Position numbers and translations under genes: made by a program
Notes under the pieces: model-generated
Databases searched by the model: none
What the model saw: only the letters and a program-made list of their open reading frames with translations
Told to the model about the DNA's origin: nothing
Source: a virus
Taxonomy: Duplodnaviria > Caudoviricetes
DNA: 59,840 nucleotides
IMG/VR virus record: IMGVR_UViG_3300001336_000006
Coordinates: 1 to 59,840 of that record
Reading direction: 5' to 3' (one strand)
Part shown: positions 40,161 to 49,359 of the stretch, piece by piece
Layout: each line of letters starts with the position of its first letter
How positions within the stretch are numbered: position 1 is the first letter of the stretch

Positions 40161-40444
40161 ATGATCTTTACATTTCCACCCTACAATGGATCCGTGATGA
40201 TTTTAAATCTAATCCATTCCGCTTTTTTATAGAGTTGCTTGCTTGGGCAATTAGTATTGGGTGTGCTATAACGATGGCGGCAACCGTTCCCAATCCCCCT
40301 CTAATTTTCTTATACCCTGTTTGGATTTTGGGGTGTTCACTATATGCTTGGGCGGCTTTTACTCGAAAGTCTTTTGGTATGTTGGCTAATTACCTATTGT
40401 TGGTAACTATTGATACAACGGGTTTAATTAGGATGCTGTCATGA
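40157..40444 (+). CDS. Small membrane protein
   Basis: About three hydrophobic segments; ATGA overlaps with gp44 and gp62. Confidence 0.75.
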   Translation: MNDLYISTLQWIRDDFKSNPFRFFIELLAWAISIGCAITMAATVPNPPLIFLYPVWILGCSLYAWAAFTRKSFGMLANYLLLVTIDTTGLIRMLS

Positions 40445-40824
40445 CTCCCTTTGATTATGTGAAAGAAATATTATACGGGAAGAAAAATCTTATAGTAGAT
40501 GATCTTACAGAAAAAGATTATAAGCCTTTTTTGGTTAATCGTAGTCTTTCATATCATTTGGATTGTGTTATGTACGCAAATGAGATGAATCGCAGACACC
40601 ACACAGACAATAAGCTTCAGTTTGACTATTATATAAATACCGTTAGGTCTAAGAAAAGACCTTTCGCTAAGTGGATCAAACCAGAGAAGAGTGGCGATTT
40701 GGAGACATTGAAAACATATTTCAAATTTTCTGATTCGAAAGCTCGTGAAGCGTTGAGAATACTTGGTGATGAAGATATCAAAACAATAAGAGAAAAAACC
40801 GATATCGGTGGCATGAGGAAATAG
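40441..40824 (+). CDS. gp62: Clamp loader small subunit gp62
   Basis: PFD, Y.PFLVNR.LS, ANEMN, R.KKR.F.KW. Confidence 0.93.
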   Translation: MTPFDYVKEILYGKKNLIVDDLTEKDYKPFLVNRSLSYHLDCVMYANEMNRRHHTDNKLQFDYYINTVRSKKRPFAKWIKPEKSGDLETLKTYFKFSDSKAREALRILGDEDIKTIREKTDIGGMRK

Positions 40825-40825
40825 G

Positions 40826-41227
40826 ATGATCGACTTATCGACATTTATTGAGATAAAATTAAATGAGGAAGATGATTTTTTGAAAGTCAGAGAAACTTTG
40901 ACACGTATCGGGGTTTCTTCTCGAAAAGAAAAAACATTGTTCCAATCATGTCATATTTTGCATAAAAGAGGGAAGTACTATCTGGTACATTTTAAGGAAA
41001 TGTTTGCGTTAGACGGTAAACCTTCTAGTATTTCGGAAAATGATATTCAAAGAAGAAATGCTATTGCTAAACTTTTGGAAGAGTGGGAGTTGATCGAGAT
41101 TGTAAATTCTCAAATTATGATCAACAATATTGCTCCAATCAGTCAGATTAAAATTATTTCTTATAAAGAGAAAGATGATTGGCAACTGGTGAGTAAATAT
41201 AGCATGGGTAAGAATAAATTTGAATAG
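40826..41227 (+). CDS. regA: Translational repressor RegA
   Basis: DDFLKVRETLTRIG, QSCHILHK.G.YY.VHFKE.F.LDG. Confidence 0.97.
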   Translation: MIDLSTFIEIKLNEEDDFLKVRETLTRIGVSSRKEKTLFQSCHILHKRGKYYLVHFKEMFALDGKPSSISENDIQRRNAIAKLLEEWELIEIVNSQIMINNIAPISQIKIISYKEKDDWQLVSKYSMGKNKFE

Positions 41228-41241
41228 AGGAGTTTTTTATT

Positions 41242-41412
41242 ATGAAAGTTGTGAAACTCAAAAATATTTACACAGGAGAAACTGTAGTCTGTGAAAAATT
41301 TGAAGAAACAGTACAGAGTGATGGGAAAGTTTTTGTTAGGGTATATAAAGAAGAAAATCCTTTAAGAACTTTTCTGGTCAATCGAGAAGCTTTTGTTGTT
41401 TTAAATAAATAA
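41242..41412 (+). CDS. Small hypothetical protein, 56 aa, absent from the ORF track
   Basis: GAGGAG RBS; MKVVKLKNIYTGETVVCEK...RTFLVNREAFVVLNK*. Confidence 0.7.
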   Translation: MKVVKLKNIYTGETVVCEKFEETVQSDGKVFVRVYKEENPLRTFLVNREAFVVLNK

Positions 41413-41421
41413 CAATACAAA

Positions 41422-41545
41422 TTTCCACTACCTTAGGAAACGTTTAACCGACACAACGATATGGTGTCCCTGCATTCGGTAAGCAGGTTGTTACGCCTCA
41501 TGGGTAACTTTTTTATCAATCTTGCTTTTTAAGGAGAAAAGTATG
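41422..41545 (+). ncRNA. Structured hsp20 5' leader, ROSE-like RNA thermometer
   Basis: Five consecutive hairpins; the last pairs UCUU(G bulge)CUU with the SD AAGGAGA. Confidence 0.65.
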
Positions 41546-41983
41546 ACTAATAATCTTATCAATAAAATTATGAACAATCCATACGTGATTGGTTTTGATC
41601 GTTTTGATGACATCTTCAGTGCTATCGACGAAAGTCCTAGATTCCCACACCACAACATTGTAAAGAATACTGATAACGAATATACAGTAGAACTTGCTGT
41701 TGCTGGTTTTTCTGATGATGATATTGATATCGAACTTGCAAACAATGTTCTAAGTATCAAAGGTAAAATGGATAAAATGGAAGATAAAAATTATCTACAT
41801 CACGGCATTGCCACTCGCTCTTTCCATAAAACAATTACTGTTACAGATACTGTAGAAGTTGTTGGTGCAGAACTCTATAATGGAATTCTATCGGTAAATT
41901 TGAGAAATATTATTCCTCAAGAAAAATTACCCAAAAAAATTCCCATCAACACTGTTTCTGGTAAACAATTATTGAATGAGTAG
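41543..41983 (+). CDS. hsp20: Small heat-shock protein Hsp20 (IbpA-like)
   Basis: IGFDR, P.HNI, ELAVAGF, YLH.GIA.RSF, A.L.NGIL, P.KI.I; ATG at 41543. Confidence 0.95.
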   Translation: MTNNLINKIMNNPYVIGFDRFDDIFSAIDESPRFPHHNIVKNTDNEYTVELAVAGFSDDDIDIELANNVLSIKGKMDKMEDKNYLHHGIATRSFHKTITVTDTVEVVGAELYNGILSVNLRNIIPQEKLPKKIPINTVSGKQLLNE

Positions 41984-41989
41984 ATGTTC

Positions 41990-42018
41990 TTGACAGCCGG
42001 TGGTTTTCAATATATAAT
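41990..42018 (+). promoter_or_regulatory. Perfect sigma70 consensus promoter (early)
   Basis: TTGACA-N17-TATAAT. Confidence 0.9.
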
Positions 42019-42041
42019 GAAATTTGATTTGGAGATATATT

Positions 42042-42923
42042 ATGAAATTAGCAATCTGTTCAGATCTCCATTTGGAGTTCGGAACACTTGAACTGAAAAA
42101 CACCGAAAACGCAGATGTTCTAGTTCTTGCTGGCGACATCTGCGTTGCTTCAGATTTTAAAAAAAATCCCACATATCTGAAATTTTTTGAACAAGTATCT
42201 AAGGAATTTAATCATGTACTATATGTCATGGGCAATCACGAACATTATCAAGGCGATTTCGCTACGAGTGAAAAAATTCTCAAAGAAAATCTCTCACACT
42301 TGGAAAACGTACACCTCTTAGAAAAGTCAACTTTTCTGTTGAACGATTATTTGTTTGTCGGTGGAACATTGTGGACTGACATGAATGGTGGAGACACTAT
42401 GACAATGAATCATGTTCGCAGGATGATGAATGATTTTCTTATCATCAAAAATTCGAACAACTATGTTTATAGAAAAGTTCCTATCTACGAGAAGACTGAT
42501 GATGGTAAATTGATAAAAGATGAATCTGGTAGAATGATTCAAATCGGTATGAAAATGAAAGAAGAAGTTTCTAAGTTTTCACCCGAAGATGCTGTGAAAG
42601 ATCACAAGTTTTTCATGGACTATCTAACACATGTTTTTGCTTCTAACAAAGACAAAAAAGTTGTTGTGATTGGACACCATGCCCCAAGTAATCTTTCTGT
42701 TCATCCACGTTATTCAAATGATGACTTGATGAATGGTGCATACAGATCAAGTCTCGACTTTTTTATTGAAGATCGTCCAGAAATTGTTTTGTGGATTCAT
42801 GGTCACACACATGAAACTTTTAATTATGAATTAGGAAACACAAAAGTGGTTTGCAATCCTCGTGGTTATGTTAATTATGAATTGAGAGCCGATTATTTTC
42901 AACTTAGGTTTGTTGACGTATGA
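42042..42923 (+). CDS. Calcineurin-like metallophosphoesterase
   Basis: SDLHLE, LAGDI, GNHEHY, HHAP, HGHTH, NPRGY. Confidence 0.92.
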   Translation: MKLAICSDLHLEFGTLELKNTENADVLVLAGDICVASDFKKNPTYLKFFEQVSKEFNHVLYVMGNHEHYQGDFATSEKILKENLSHLENVHLLEKSTFLLNDYLFVGGTLWTDMNGGDTMTMNHVRRMMNDFLIIKNSNNYVYRKVPIYEKTDDGKLIKDESGRMIQIGMKMKEEVSKFSPEDAVKDHKFFMDYLTHVFASNKDKKVVVIGHHAPSNLSVHPRYSNDDLMNGAYRSSLDFFIEDRPEIVLWIHGHTHETFNYELGNTKVVCNPRGYVNYELRADYFQLRFVDV

Positions 42924-43369
42924 AACAAAAATATATTGATGCACATATGGAAGTCGCTGAAGTCTATGCAAAACTTTCAACAGCAAAAAGGCTTCAGGTT
43001 GGTTGTGTCGCTGTAAAGAATGATACGATTATTGGTATTGGTTATAACGGTATGCCTTCTGGGTGGGATAATAACTGTGAAGACGAAACCGTAGAATTGT
43101 ATTCTGGGTTTGAAGGTGCAATACACAGAACTGTACTAAAAACTAAACCAGAGGTACTTCACGCTGAACAAAATTGTATTGCAAAAATTACAAAATCTAC
43201 CAACTCAAGTGATGGGGCTTCATTATTTGTAACACATGCACCATGTTTAGATTGTGCTAAGGTTATTCATCAGTCTGGAATCAATTCTGTTTACTATCGA
43301 AACACATATCGTAGTGAAGATGGTGTTAAATTTTTAGAAAAGTGTGGAATAAATGTCCAAAAAGTATAA
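42920..43369 (+). CDS. cd: dCMP deaminase
   Basis: GYNG.P.G, HAE.N, PC..C. Confidence 0.92.
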   Translation: MKQKYIDAHMEVAEVYAKLSTAKRLQVGCVAVKNDTIIGIGYNGMPSGWDNNCEDETVELYSGFEGAIHRTVLKTKPEVLHAEQNCIAKITKSTNSSDGASLFVTHAPCLDCAKVIHQSGINSVYYRNTYRSEDGVKFLEKCGINVQKV

Positions 43370-43526
43370 TGCAAAAGTTCTAGAAATCTGTGATAATGGT
43401 GATGCCATTATTGAGATACCACCCGAAATGAAAGAAGAGTTGGGGTGGGAAGTGGGTGATGTGATTGAAATCAAAGAAGAGGAAAATTGCATCGTTTTGA
43501 TTAATAAAACAAGAGAGAATAAGTAA
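43353..43526 (+). CDS. AbrB/MazE/SpoVT-like small DNA-binding protein, 57 aa, absent from the ORF track
   Basis: NGDAIIEIPPEMKEELGWEVGDVIEI; its stop overlaps the next ATG. Confidence 0.75.
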   Translation: MSKKYNAKVLEICDNGDAIIEIPPEMKEELGWEVGDVIEIKEEENCIVLINKTRENK

Positions 43527-43978
43527 TGGCTTTTAAACTATCAAGTAGATCATTAAAAAATCTTGAAGGTGTGGATGAACGATTGGCTGAAGTTGTTCAT
43601 TATGCAATTGATGTAACTAAAGTAGATTTTGGTGTAATTGAAGGGATGCGTACTGTAGACCGCCAACGTCAACTTGTAGCATCTGGTGCAAGTCAAACAA
43701 TGAATTCAAAACACCTTACAGGAAATGCTGTTGATTTGATGGCATACATTGGTAAACGTGCATCATGGGAATTAAATCTTTATGATGACATTGCTGACGC
43801 AATGAAGTTGGGTGCAATCGAAGTTGGTGTTTCAATTCGTTGGGGTGCCGCATGGAATGTACCAGACATTCGTGACTGGGATGGCACCATGCAAGACGCA
43901 ATGGATTTTTATGTTGATACTCGACGTTCACAAAAACGTAGAGTGTTTATTGATGGTCCCCACTTCGAGATTAACTAA
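43526..43978 (+). CDS. Peptidase M15 (L-Ala-D-Glu peptidase-type) endolysin
   Basis: EG.RT..RQ, SKHLTG.AVD, RWG, DGPHFE. Confidence 0.9.
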   Translation: MAFKLSSRSLKNLEGVDERLAEVVHYAIDVTKVDFGVIEGMRTVDRQRQLVASGASQTMNSKHLTGNAVDLMAYIGKRASWELNLYDDIADAMKLGAIEVGVSIRWGAAWNVPDIRDWDGTMQDAMDFYVDTRRSQKRRVFIDGPHFEIN

Positions 43979-44328
43979 TGAATATGTATGATGATGTAGT
44001 TAAATTTATTGAAGCGTGTGATCAGAAACCATCAGAAGAAACCTTCAAGTTGTATTCTAGATTGATTGAAGAGGAGTTTCAAGAATTCTGTTCAGCGTAT
44101 CATATGAATGATGAGATTGAACAACTTGACGCTTGTATGGATATGATTTGGGTTATTCTTGGTTATTGTTATGTTAAGGGTTACAACGTTGAAGGTGCTT
44201 GGGATGAAGTTGCAAAATCAAATCTTTGCAAGATTGATCCTGAGACGGGCAAAGTAATTAAAAGACATGATGGTAAAATTTTAAAACCTGAAGGTTGGCA
44301 ACCACCAAATTTAACTTCTTTTGTATGA
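43978..44328 (+). CDS. MazG-like / all-alpha NTP pyrophosphohydrolase
   Basis: LIEEE..E, D...D, EV..SN..K, DGKILKP.GW. Confidence 0.88.
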   Translation: MNMYDDVVKFIEACDQKPSEETFKLYSRLIEEEFQEFCSAYHMNDEIEQLDACMDMIWVILGYCYVKGYNVEGAWDEVAKSNLCKIDPETGKVIKRHDGKILKPEGWQPPNLTSFV

Positions 44329-44903
44329 TGGACGACTCTGACGTATGGAAGTTTATTAAACCAGACGATATCTGGATATATGATAAACTTATTTTATCCA
44401 AAAAACTAGGCTACAATTGTGGACCCGCTGGTGTTGCACCCAAAAAAGCTGGTGATTATATTGTTAGACCTTGTGTCAACTTTAGAATGATGGGTCATGG
44501 TGCATCAATAAAACACTTGACACCTGATGATCATGATAAAGTTCCCGATGGGTATTTTTGGTGTGAAACCTTTAAAGGTAGACATTTAAGTTTCGATTTT
44601 GAAAATGGTAAACAAGTGCTTGCTGTTGAAGGTTTCAGAAAACAAACCAGATTAGACAGGTTTTTTAAATGGCAAAAATGTGATGATGTATTGAAACTTC
44701 CGGAGTTTCTTGTTAAAATTACACAAAAGTATCGTTGGTTAAATGTAGAATGTATTGGTAAGAATATCATTGAAGTACATTTGAGATATAATGATGATTT
44801 TTCCAATCATAATGCAAGGATTATATATCCTATTTGGAAAGAGAACTTCTATGAAAGTAGATGTGGTGATCGTGTAGGATTCATTTTAGAGGAAAATAAA
44901 TGA
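44325..44903 (+). CDS. Hypothetical protein, possibly ATP-grasp-like
   Basis: YIVRP..N..MG, FWCE.F.G.HLS.D, NVE.IG..IIEVHLR. Confidence 0.6.
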   Translation: MMDDSDVWKFIKPDDIWIYDKLILSKKLGYNCGPAGVAPKKAGDYIVRPCVNFRMMGHGASIKHLTPDDHDKVPDGYFWCETFKGRHLSFDFENGKQVLAVEGFRKQTRLDRFFKWQKCDDVLKLPEFLVKITQKYRWLNVECIGKNIIEVHLRYNDDFSNHNARIIYPIWKENFYESRCGDRVGFILEENK

Positions 44904-45124
44904 ACATTCAAAAAATTGCAAAACAAATCGCAGAGTCATTAGATTTGGCGAAGGCTTATTCATATGATTTATTTTATCGTGAACTGGACAAGATGGTCGA
45001 ACTTGTTGGTCTAGTGGATGACCCCACATATGACATTAAAGATTTTCAAGGACGTGAGATGCTGTTCCCTAAAAAATGGGTGACACTCGAAATACTTGAT
45101 TCAAACTATGAGGTGAAATTATGA
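44900..45124 (+). CDS. Conserved hypothetical protein
   Basis: RBS GAGG, coupled ORF; GLVDDP, GREMLFPKKW. Confidence 0.7.
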   Translation: MNIQKIAKQIAESLDLAKAYSYDLFYRELDKMVELVGLVDDPTYDIKDFQGREMLFPKKWVTLEILDSNYEVKL

Positions 45125-45429
45125 TTAAACTAGTTACATTTAAAACTAATCACACAATTATGGGCGAGGTTGAAGAGAACGATAAAACAAATATTGTCAC
45201 TATAAAGAAACCTGTGCAGGTGGTTTCAGTACCACCCTCACCAGATAATCCACAAGGTGGTGTTGCTTTTTCTCCTTTTGTAGAGTATGCTAGTGAATTC
45301 TTGACTGGTTTTCGTGTTAAATATGAAGACATTCTTATGATCAACACACCAGTCACGGAACTCGAAAATCAGTACAATCAGGTTTTTGGTTCTGGTATCA
45401 CTATTGCAAAAACACTACCTAAGGTATAA
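45121..45429 (+). CDS. Conserved hypothetical protein upstream of gp43
   Basis: Coupled ORF; L.NQY..VFGSGI tail. Confidence 0.75.
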   Translation: MIKLVTFKTNHTIMGEVEENDKTNIVTIKKPVQVVSVPPSPDNPQGGVAFSPFVEYASEFLTGFRVKYEDILMINTPVTELENQYNQVFGSGITIAKTLPKV

Positions 45430-47963
45430 TGAAAAACTTTTATACTAATGTTATATGTGTCGGCAACAACATCCTTTACCGTGGCGTAAAGGATGGTCGA
45501 AGAATAAAACTTAAAATTCCATACAAACCAAGTTTATATTTGCCTTCAAATAAAGAAAGCAAATATAAATCTTTGAATGAAGATTATCTGGAAAAGAAAA
45601 CTTTCGATTCGATCCGTGACGCTAGAGATTTCATCAAAAAATATGATGAAGTGGACAATTTTAAGATATACGGAATGAACCGTTATGAATATGCATTTAT
45701 TGCTGAAGCACATAAAGGTGTCGTAGAGCATGATGTAGACACTATTTCTATTGCTTTTTTGGATATAGAAGTTGGATCTGAGAACGGATTTCCTAATCCA
45801 TACGAAGCCAACGAACCCATTACTGCCATTACTATTCGTTACACAAATGATGATACTCTGGTTTATGGTTGTGGTGATTTCGAAAAGGGAGATAAGGGAG
45901 TAACATATTTCAAATGTGTAGATGAATATTCACTTTGTAAAAAGTTCTTGTCTGATTGGCAAGAACGATATCCCGACATAATTACTGGATGGAACGTCAA
46001 GTTTTTTGACATTCCATATTTGGTTAATCGTTTTAATAAAATTTTGGGTGAAGAGTATTCCAAGAAACTTTCACCTTGGAATTTAATTAATGAACGAAAA
46101 GTTTATGTCATGAACAAGGAAAATATTGCTTATGAGGTTCTTGGCGTATCTACATGGGATTACCTTGAGCTTTATAGATGGTACGCACCCGGCGGGAAAT
46201 CCAGAGAATCTTATAGATTGGATCACATTGCTCATATTGAACTTGGAGAAAAAAAACTATCATATGATGAGTATGACAGTTTACATCAATTATATAAACT
46301 TAACTATCAAAAGTTTATTGAGTACAACATCAAAGATGTTGACTTGATTGTGAGGCTTGAAGACAAATTAAAACTGATCGAGTTAGGTTTAACCTTGTCT
46401 TACGACACCAAATCAAATTATGAAGACATTTTTGCACAGACTAGGATGTGGGATGCAATCATCTATAACGATTTGCTTTCTAAGAACTATATCGTTCCAC
46501 CAAAAAGTGTTGGGGAGAAAGATGATAGATTCGAGGGCGCATATGTAAAAGACCCTCAAGTGGGTATGCATAATTGGGTTGCTTCTTTCGATTTAGATTC
46601 TCTGTATCCACACTTGATGATGCAATATAATCTATCACCTGAAATGTTGATAGATCCTTCAGATTATACTCCAGAAATGAGATATATAATTTCTGAAGGA
46701 ATAAGTGTTGATAAGCTTTTGAACAAAGAGGTGGACACAAGTAATTTGAAGGGTGTGACACTGACTCCTAATGGACAATTCTTCCGCACAGATCGTCAGG
46801 GTTTTTTACCTAGAATGCTTGAAGAAATGTATAATGATAGAAAGAAATTTAAGAATAAAATGCTTGAAGCTAAACAGCAGTTTGAGAATGAGACCGATGA
46901 GCATAAGAAAAACGAATTAGGTAAGCTTATTTCTAGATACGACAACCTTCAGCTCGCCAAAAAAGTTTCTTTAAATTCCGCATATGGTGCTCTCGGATCC
47001 AAGTATTTTAGATTTTATGATTTGCGGCAGGCTCTTGCCGTTACTAGTTCTGGACAATTATCGATTAGATGGATTGAAATGAAGATTAATCAGTTCATGA
47101 ACAATCTTTTGAGAACGGAATCTGATTATGTGGTTGCATCGGATACTGATTCAATTTATCTTAGATTGGATGAACTCGTGAGAAAATTTTTTACTGATCA
47201 TAGTGATAAGCAAAAGATCATTCAATTTATGGACAAAGTGTGTGAAGAAAAGATTTTGCCACACATCCAACAGTCTTATCAGGAACTTGCCGACTATGTT
47301 CACGCATTTAAACAAAAGATGCGTATGAAACGTGAAGGTTTGTCTGATAAAGGAATTTGGACTGCAAAGAAACGTTACATACTTAATGTATATAATAATG
47401 AAGGTGTACAGTACAAAGATCCACATCTTAAAGTGATGGGTTTAGAAATGATCAAATCTTCAACACCATCTGCTATTAGACAGAAAATGGAAGAGACTAT
47501 TCGTATTATTATGAATGGTCAGGAAGATGATGTTCAAAAATATATAACAGAATTGCGGGAAGAATTTAAAACTCTTCCACCAGAAGAAATTTCTTTTCCT
47601 AGAGGGGTCAATGGTCTAGAGAAATATACTGATTCGGTTACCGTATATAAGAAGGGCACCCCCATTCATGTCAAAGGAGCTATTCTATATAACAACTATC
47701 TAAAGAAGCTGAATCTGACAAAAAAATATCCCTTGATACAGGAAGGTGAAAAGTTAAAGTTCACCTATCTTAAGCAACCCAATATACTAAAGGATAGTGT
47801 CATTTCTTATCCGGGAAGATTACCAAAAGAGTTTAACATTCATGGTTGTGTGGATTACGATAAACAATTTGACAAAGCGTATTTGGATCCAGTTAAAGTT
47901 ATTTTGGATTGTATTGGTTGGAAGCACGAAAAGGTAAATTCACTTGAAAACTTTTTCAGTTGA
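45429..47963 (+). CDS. gp43: Family B DNA polymerase gp43
   Basis: DIEV exonuclease, FDLDSLYP, K..LNS.YG, SDTDS, KKRY. Confidence 0.98.
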   Translation: MKNFYTNVICVGNNILYRGVKDGRRIKLKIPYKPSLYLPSNKESKYKSLNEDYLEKKTFDSIRDARDFIKKYDEVDNFKIYGMNRYEYAFIAEAHKGVVEHDVDTISIAFLDIEVGSENGFPNPYEANEPITAITIRYTNDDTLVYGCGDFEKGDKGVTYFKCVDEYSLCKKFLSDWQERYPDIITGWNVKFFDIPYLVNRFNKILGEEYSKKLSPWNLINERKVYVMNKENIAYEVLGVSTWDYLELYRWYAPGGKSRESYRLDHIAHIELGEKKLSYDEYDSLHQLYKLNYQKFIEYNIKDVDLIVRLEDKLKLIELGLTLSYDTKSNYEDIFAQTRMWDAIIYNDLLSKNYIVPPKSVGEKDDRFEGAYVKDPQVGMHNWVASFDLDSLYPHLMMQYNLSPEMLIDPSDYTPEMRYIISEGISVDKLLNKEVDTSNLKGVTLTPNGQFFRTDRQGFLPRMLEEMYNDRKKFKNKMLEAKQQFENETDEHKKNELGKLISRYDNLQLAKKVSLNSAYGALGSKYFRFYDLRQALAVTSSGQLSIRWIEMKINQFMNNLLRTESDYVVASDTDSIYLRLDELVRKFFTDHSDKQKIIQFMDKVCEEKILPHIQQSYQELADYVHAFKQKMRMKREGLSDKGIWTAKKRYILNVYNNEGVQYKDPHLKVMGLEMIKSSTPSAIRQKMEETIRIIMNGQEDDVQKYITELREEFKTLPPEEISFPRGVNGLEKYTDSVTVYKKGTPIHVKGAILYNNYLKKLNLTKKYPLIQEGEKLKFTYLKQPNILKDSVISYPGRLPKEFNIHGCVDYDKQFDKAYLDPVKVILDCIGWKHEKVNSLENFFS

Positions 47964-47971
47964 TGTATAAT
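47944..47971 (+). promoter_or_regulatory. Sigma70-type promoter for uvsX
   Basis: TTGAAA-N16-TATAAT, with a second TATAAT at 47971. Confidence 0.55.
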
Positions 47972-47993
47972 ATAATTTATTACAGGAGTTGTG

Positions 47994-49055
47994 ATGTCAT
48001 TACTTGATAAACTAAAAAAGAATACTACTATCAAAGATAGTTCTATATTATCAGAATCGAAATTTTTTACAGAAAAGGATATGGTTCCAACGTCTGTACC
48101 CATGATGAATGTTGCATTATCTGGTACTTTGGATGGTGGTCTAACCCCCGGATTAACCATGTTTGCGGGACCGTCAAAGCACTTCAAGACAGCTTTTAGT
48201 TTGTTGATGGCAAAATCCTATATGGAAAAATATCCAGATTCCATTATGTTGTTTTACGATTCAGAATTCGGTACCCCAACGAAATATTTTGAAACATTCG
48301 ATATCGATATGAATCGTGTTCTACATACTCCATTAACCGATATTGAACAGTTGAAATTTGATATTATGAAACAGCTTCAAGAAATCGAAAGGGGGGACAA
48401 ACTTATTATCATTTTAGATTCTATTGGTAACCTAGCATCGAAGAAAGAAGTTGAAGATGCGTTGGATGGTAAATCTGTTGCCGATATGTCAAGAGCAAAA
48501 CAAGTTAAATCTTTGTTTAGGATGGTAACACCACATTTGACGATGAAAGATATTCCAATGATAGTTGTCAATCACACGTACAAAGAAATTGGAATGTTTC
48601 CGAAAGATATTGTTGGGGGAGGTACTGGATCATATTATTCAGCAGACAACATTTATATTCTTGGTCGTCAGCAAGAAAAGACTGGAACAGAAATTACCGG
48701 TTACAACTTTATCATTAATGTTGAGAAATCTCGTTTTGTAAAAGAAAAATCTAAAATCCCTATTGCAGTTTCATTTGAAGGTGGTATCGAAAAATATTCA
48801 GGTCTAATGGATATTGCTCTGGAAGGAAACTTTGTTGTTAAACCTACTAATGGTTGGTATGCAAAGGTTGATATTGAAACAGGGGAAGTTGGTGATAAGA
48901 AACGTTTAGCTGATACGTTGAATTCTGAATTTTGGGAACCTCTTTTGTCGAATCAAAGTTTTAAAGATTATATAAGGAAAAAGTATGCAATCGCTTATGG
49001 TAGCATTATGGGAAAAACTTCTGTTTTGGAAGAAGCCGAAGAGACCGAAACTTGA
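47994..49055 (+). CDS. uvsX: RecA-like recombinase UvsX
   Basis: AGPSKHFKT, FYDSEFG, DSIGNLASKKE, VNHTY, VGGGTG. Confidence 0.97.
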   Translation: MSLLDKLKKNTTIKDSSILSESKFFTEKDMVPTSVPMMNVALSGTLDGGLTPGLTMFAGPSKHFKTAFSLLMAKSYMEKYPDSIMLFYDSEFGTPTKYFETFDIDMNRVLHTPLTDIEQLKFDIMKQLQEIERGDKLIIILDSIGNLASKKEVEDALDGKSVADMSRAKQVKSLFRMVTPHLTMKDIPMIVVNHTYKEIGMFPKDIVGGGTGSYYSADNIYILGRQQEKTGTEITGYNFIINVEKSRFVKEKSKIPIAVSFEGGIEKYSGLMDIALEGNFVVKPTNGWYAKVDIETGEVGDKKRLADTLNSEFWEPLLSNQSFKDYIRKKYAIAYGSIMGKTSVLEEAEETET

Positions 49056-49359
49056 TGCAGATTATGAGTTTTTTTACATAGATGAAAGTGACTATACAGC
49101 AATACGTTTATTGAATAATGAGTATGCTGGAGTCACTTACTATTATGGAACAGTGTCCCTCCAAGAAATACAAGACACATTAAGTGTGAAGTTTGAATAT
49201 CGGATCATCGACTCTGGTAAGTATACCGAAGAGTCCTTGAATTCCGATTCAAATTTTGTTAAAATTATTGGAGACATACTAACTGAAATTTTAATTGAAG
49301 AAGAAGCTAAACATGAGTCGGATAGAAAAGACGATACTGAAGAATTTGATATACAATGA
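48985..49359 (+). CDS. Hypothetical protein in the gp40 position (between uvsX and 41)
   Basis: 124-aa ORF overlapping both neighbours; Y.YG.V, IGDIL motifs; start uncertain. Confidence 0.6.
   Translation: MQSLMVALWEKLLFWKKPKRPKLDADYEFFYIDESDYTAIRLLNNEYAGVTYYYGTVSLQEIQDTLSVKFEYRIIDSGKYTEESLNSDSNFVKIIGDILTEILIEEEAKHESDRKDDTEEFDIQ

Noticed and set aside
32256-40639. Intragenic TATAAATA at 32256 (uvsW) and 40632 (gp62)
   Set aside because: They lie inside coding sequence of an AT-rich genome and may be chance; unsupported without transcript data
41413-41542. tRNA or a known riboswitch in the hsp20 leader
   Set aside because: Hairpins are serial rather than cloverleaf, with no TTCRA arm or CCA end; I could not match an aptamer consensus by eye
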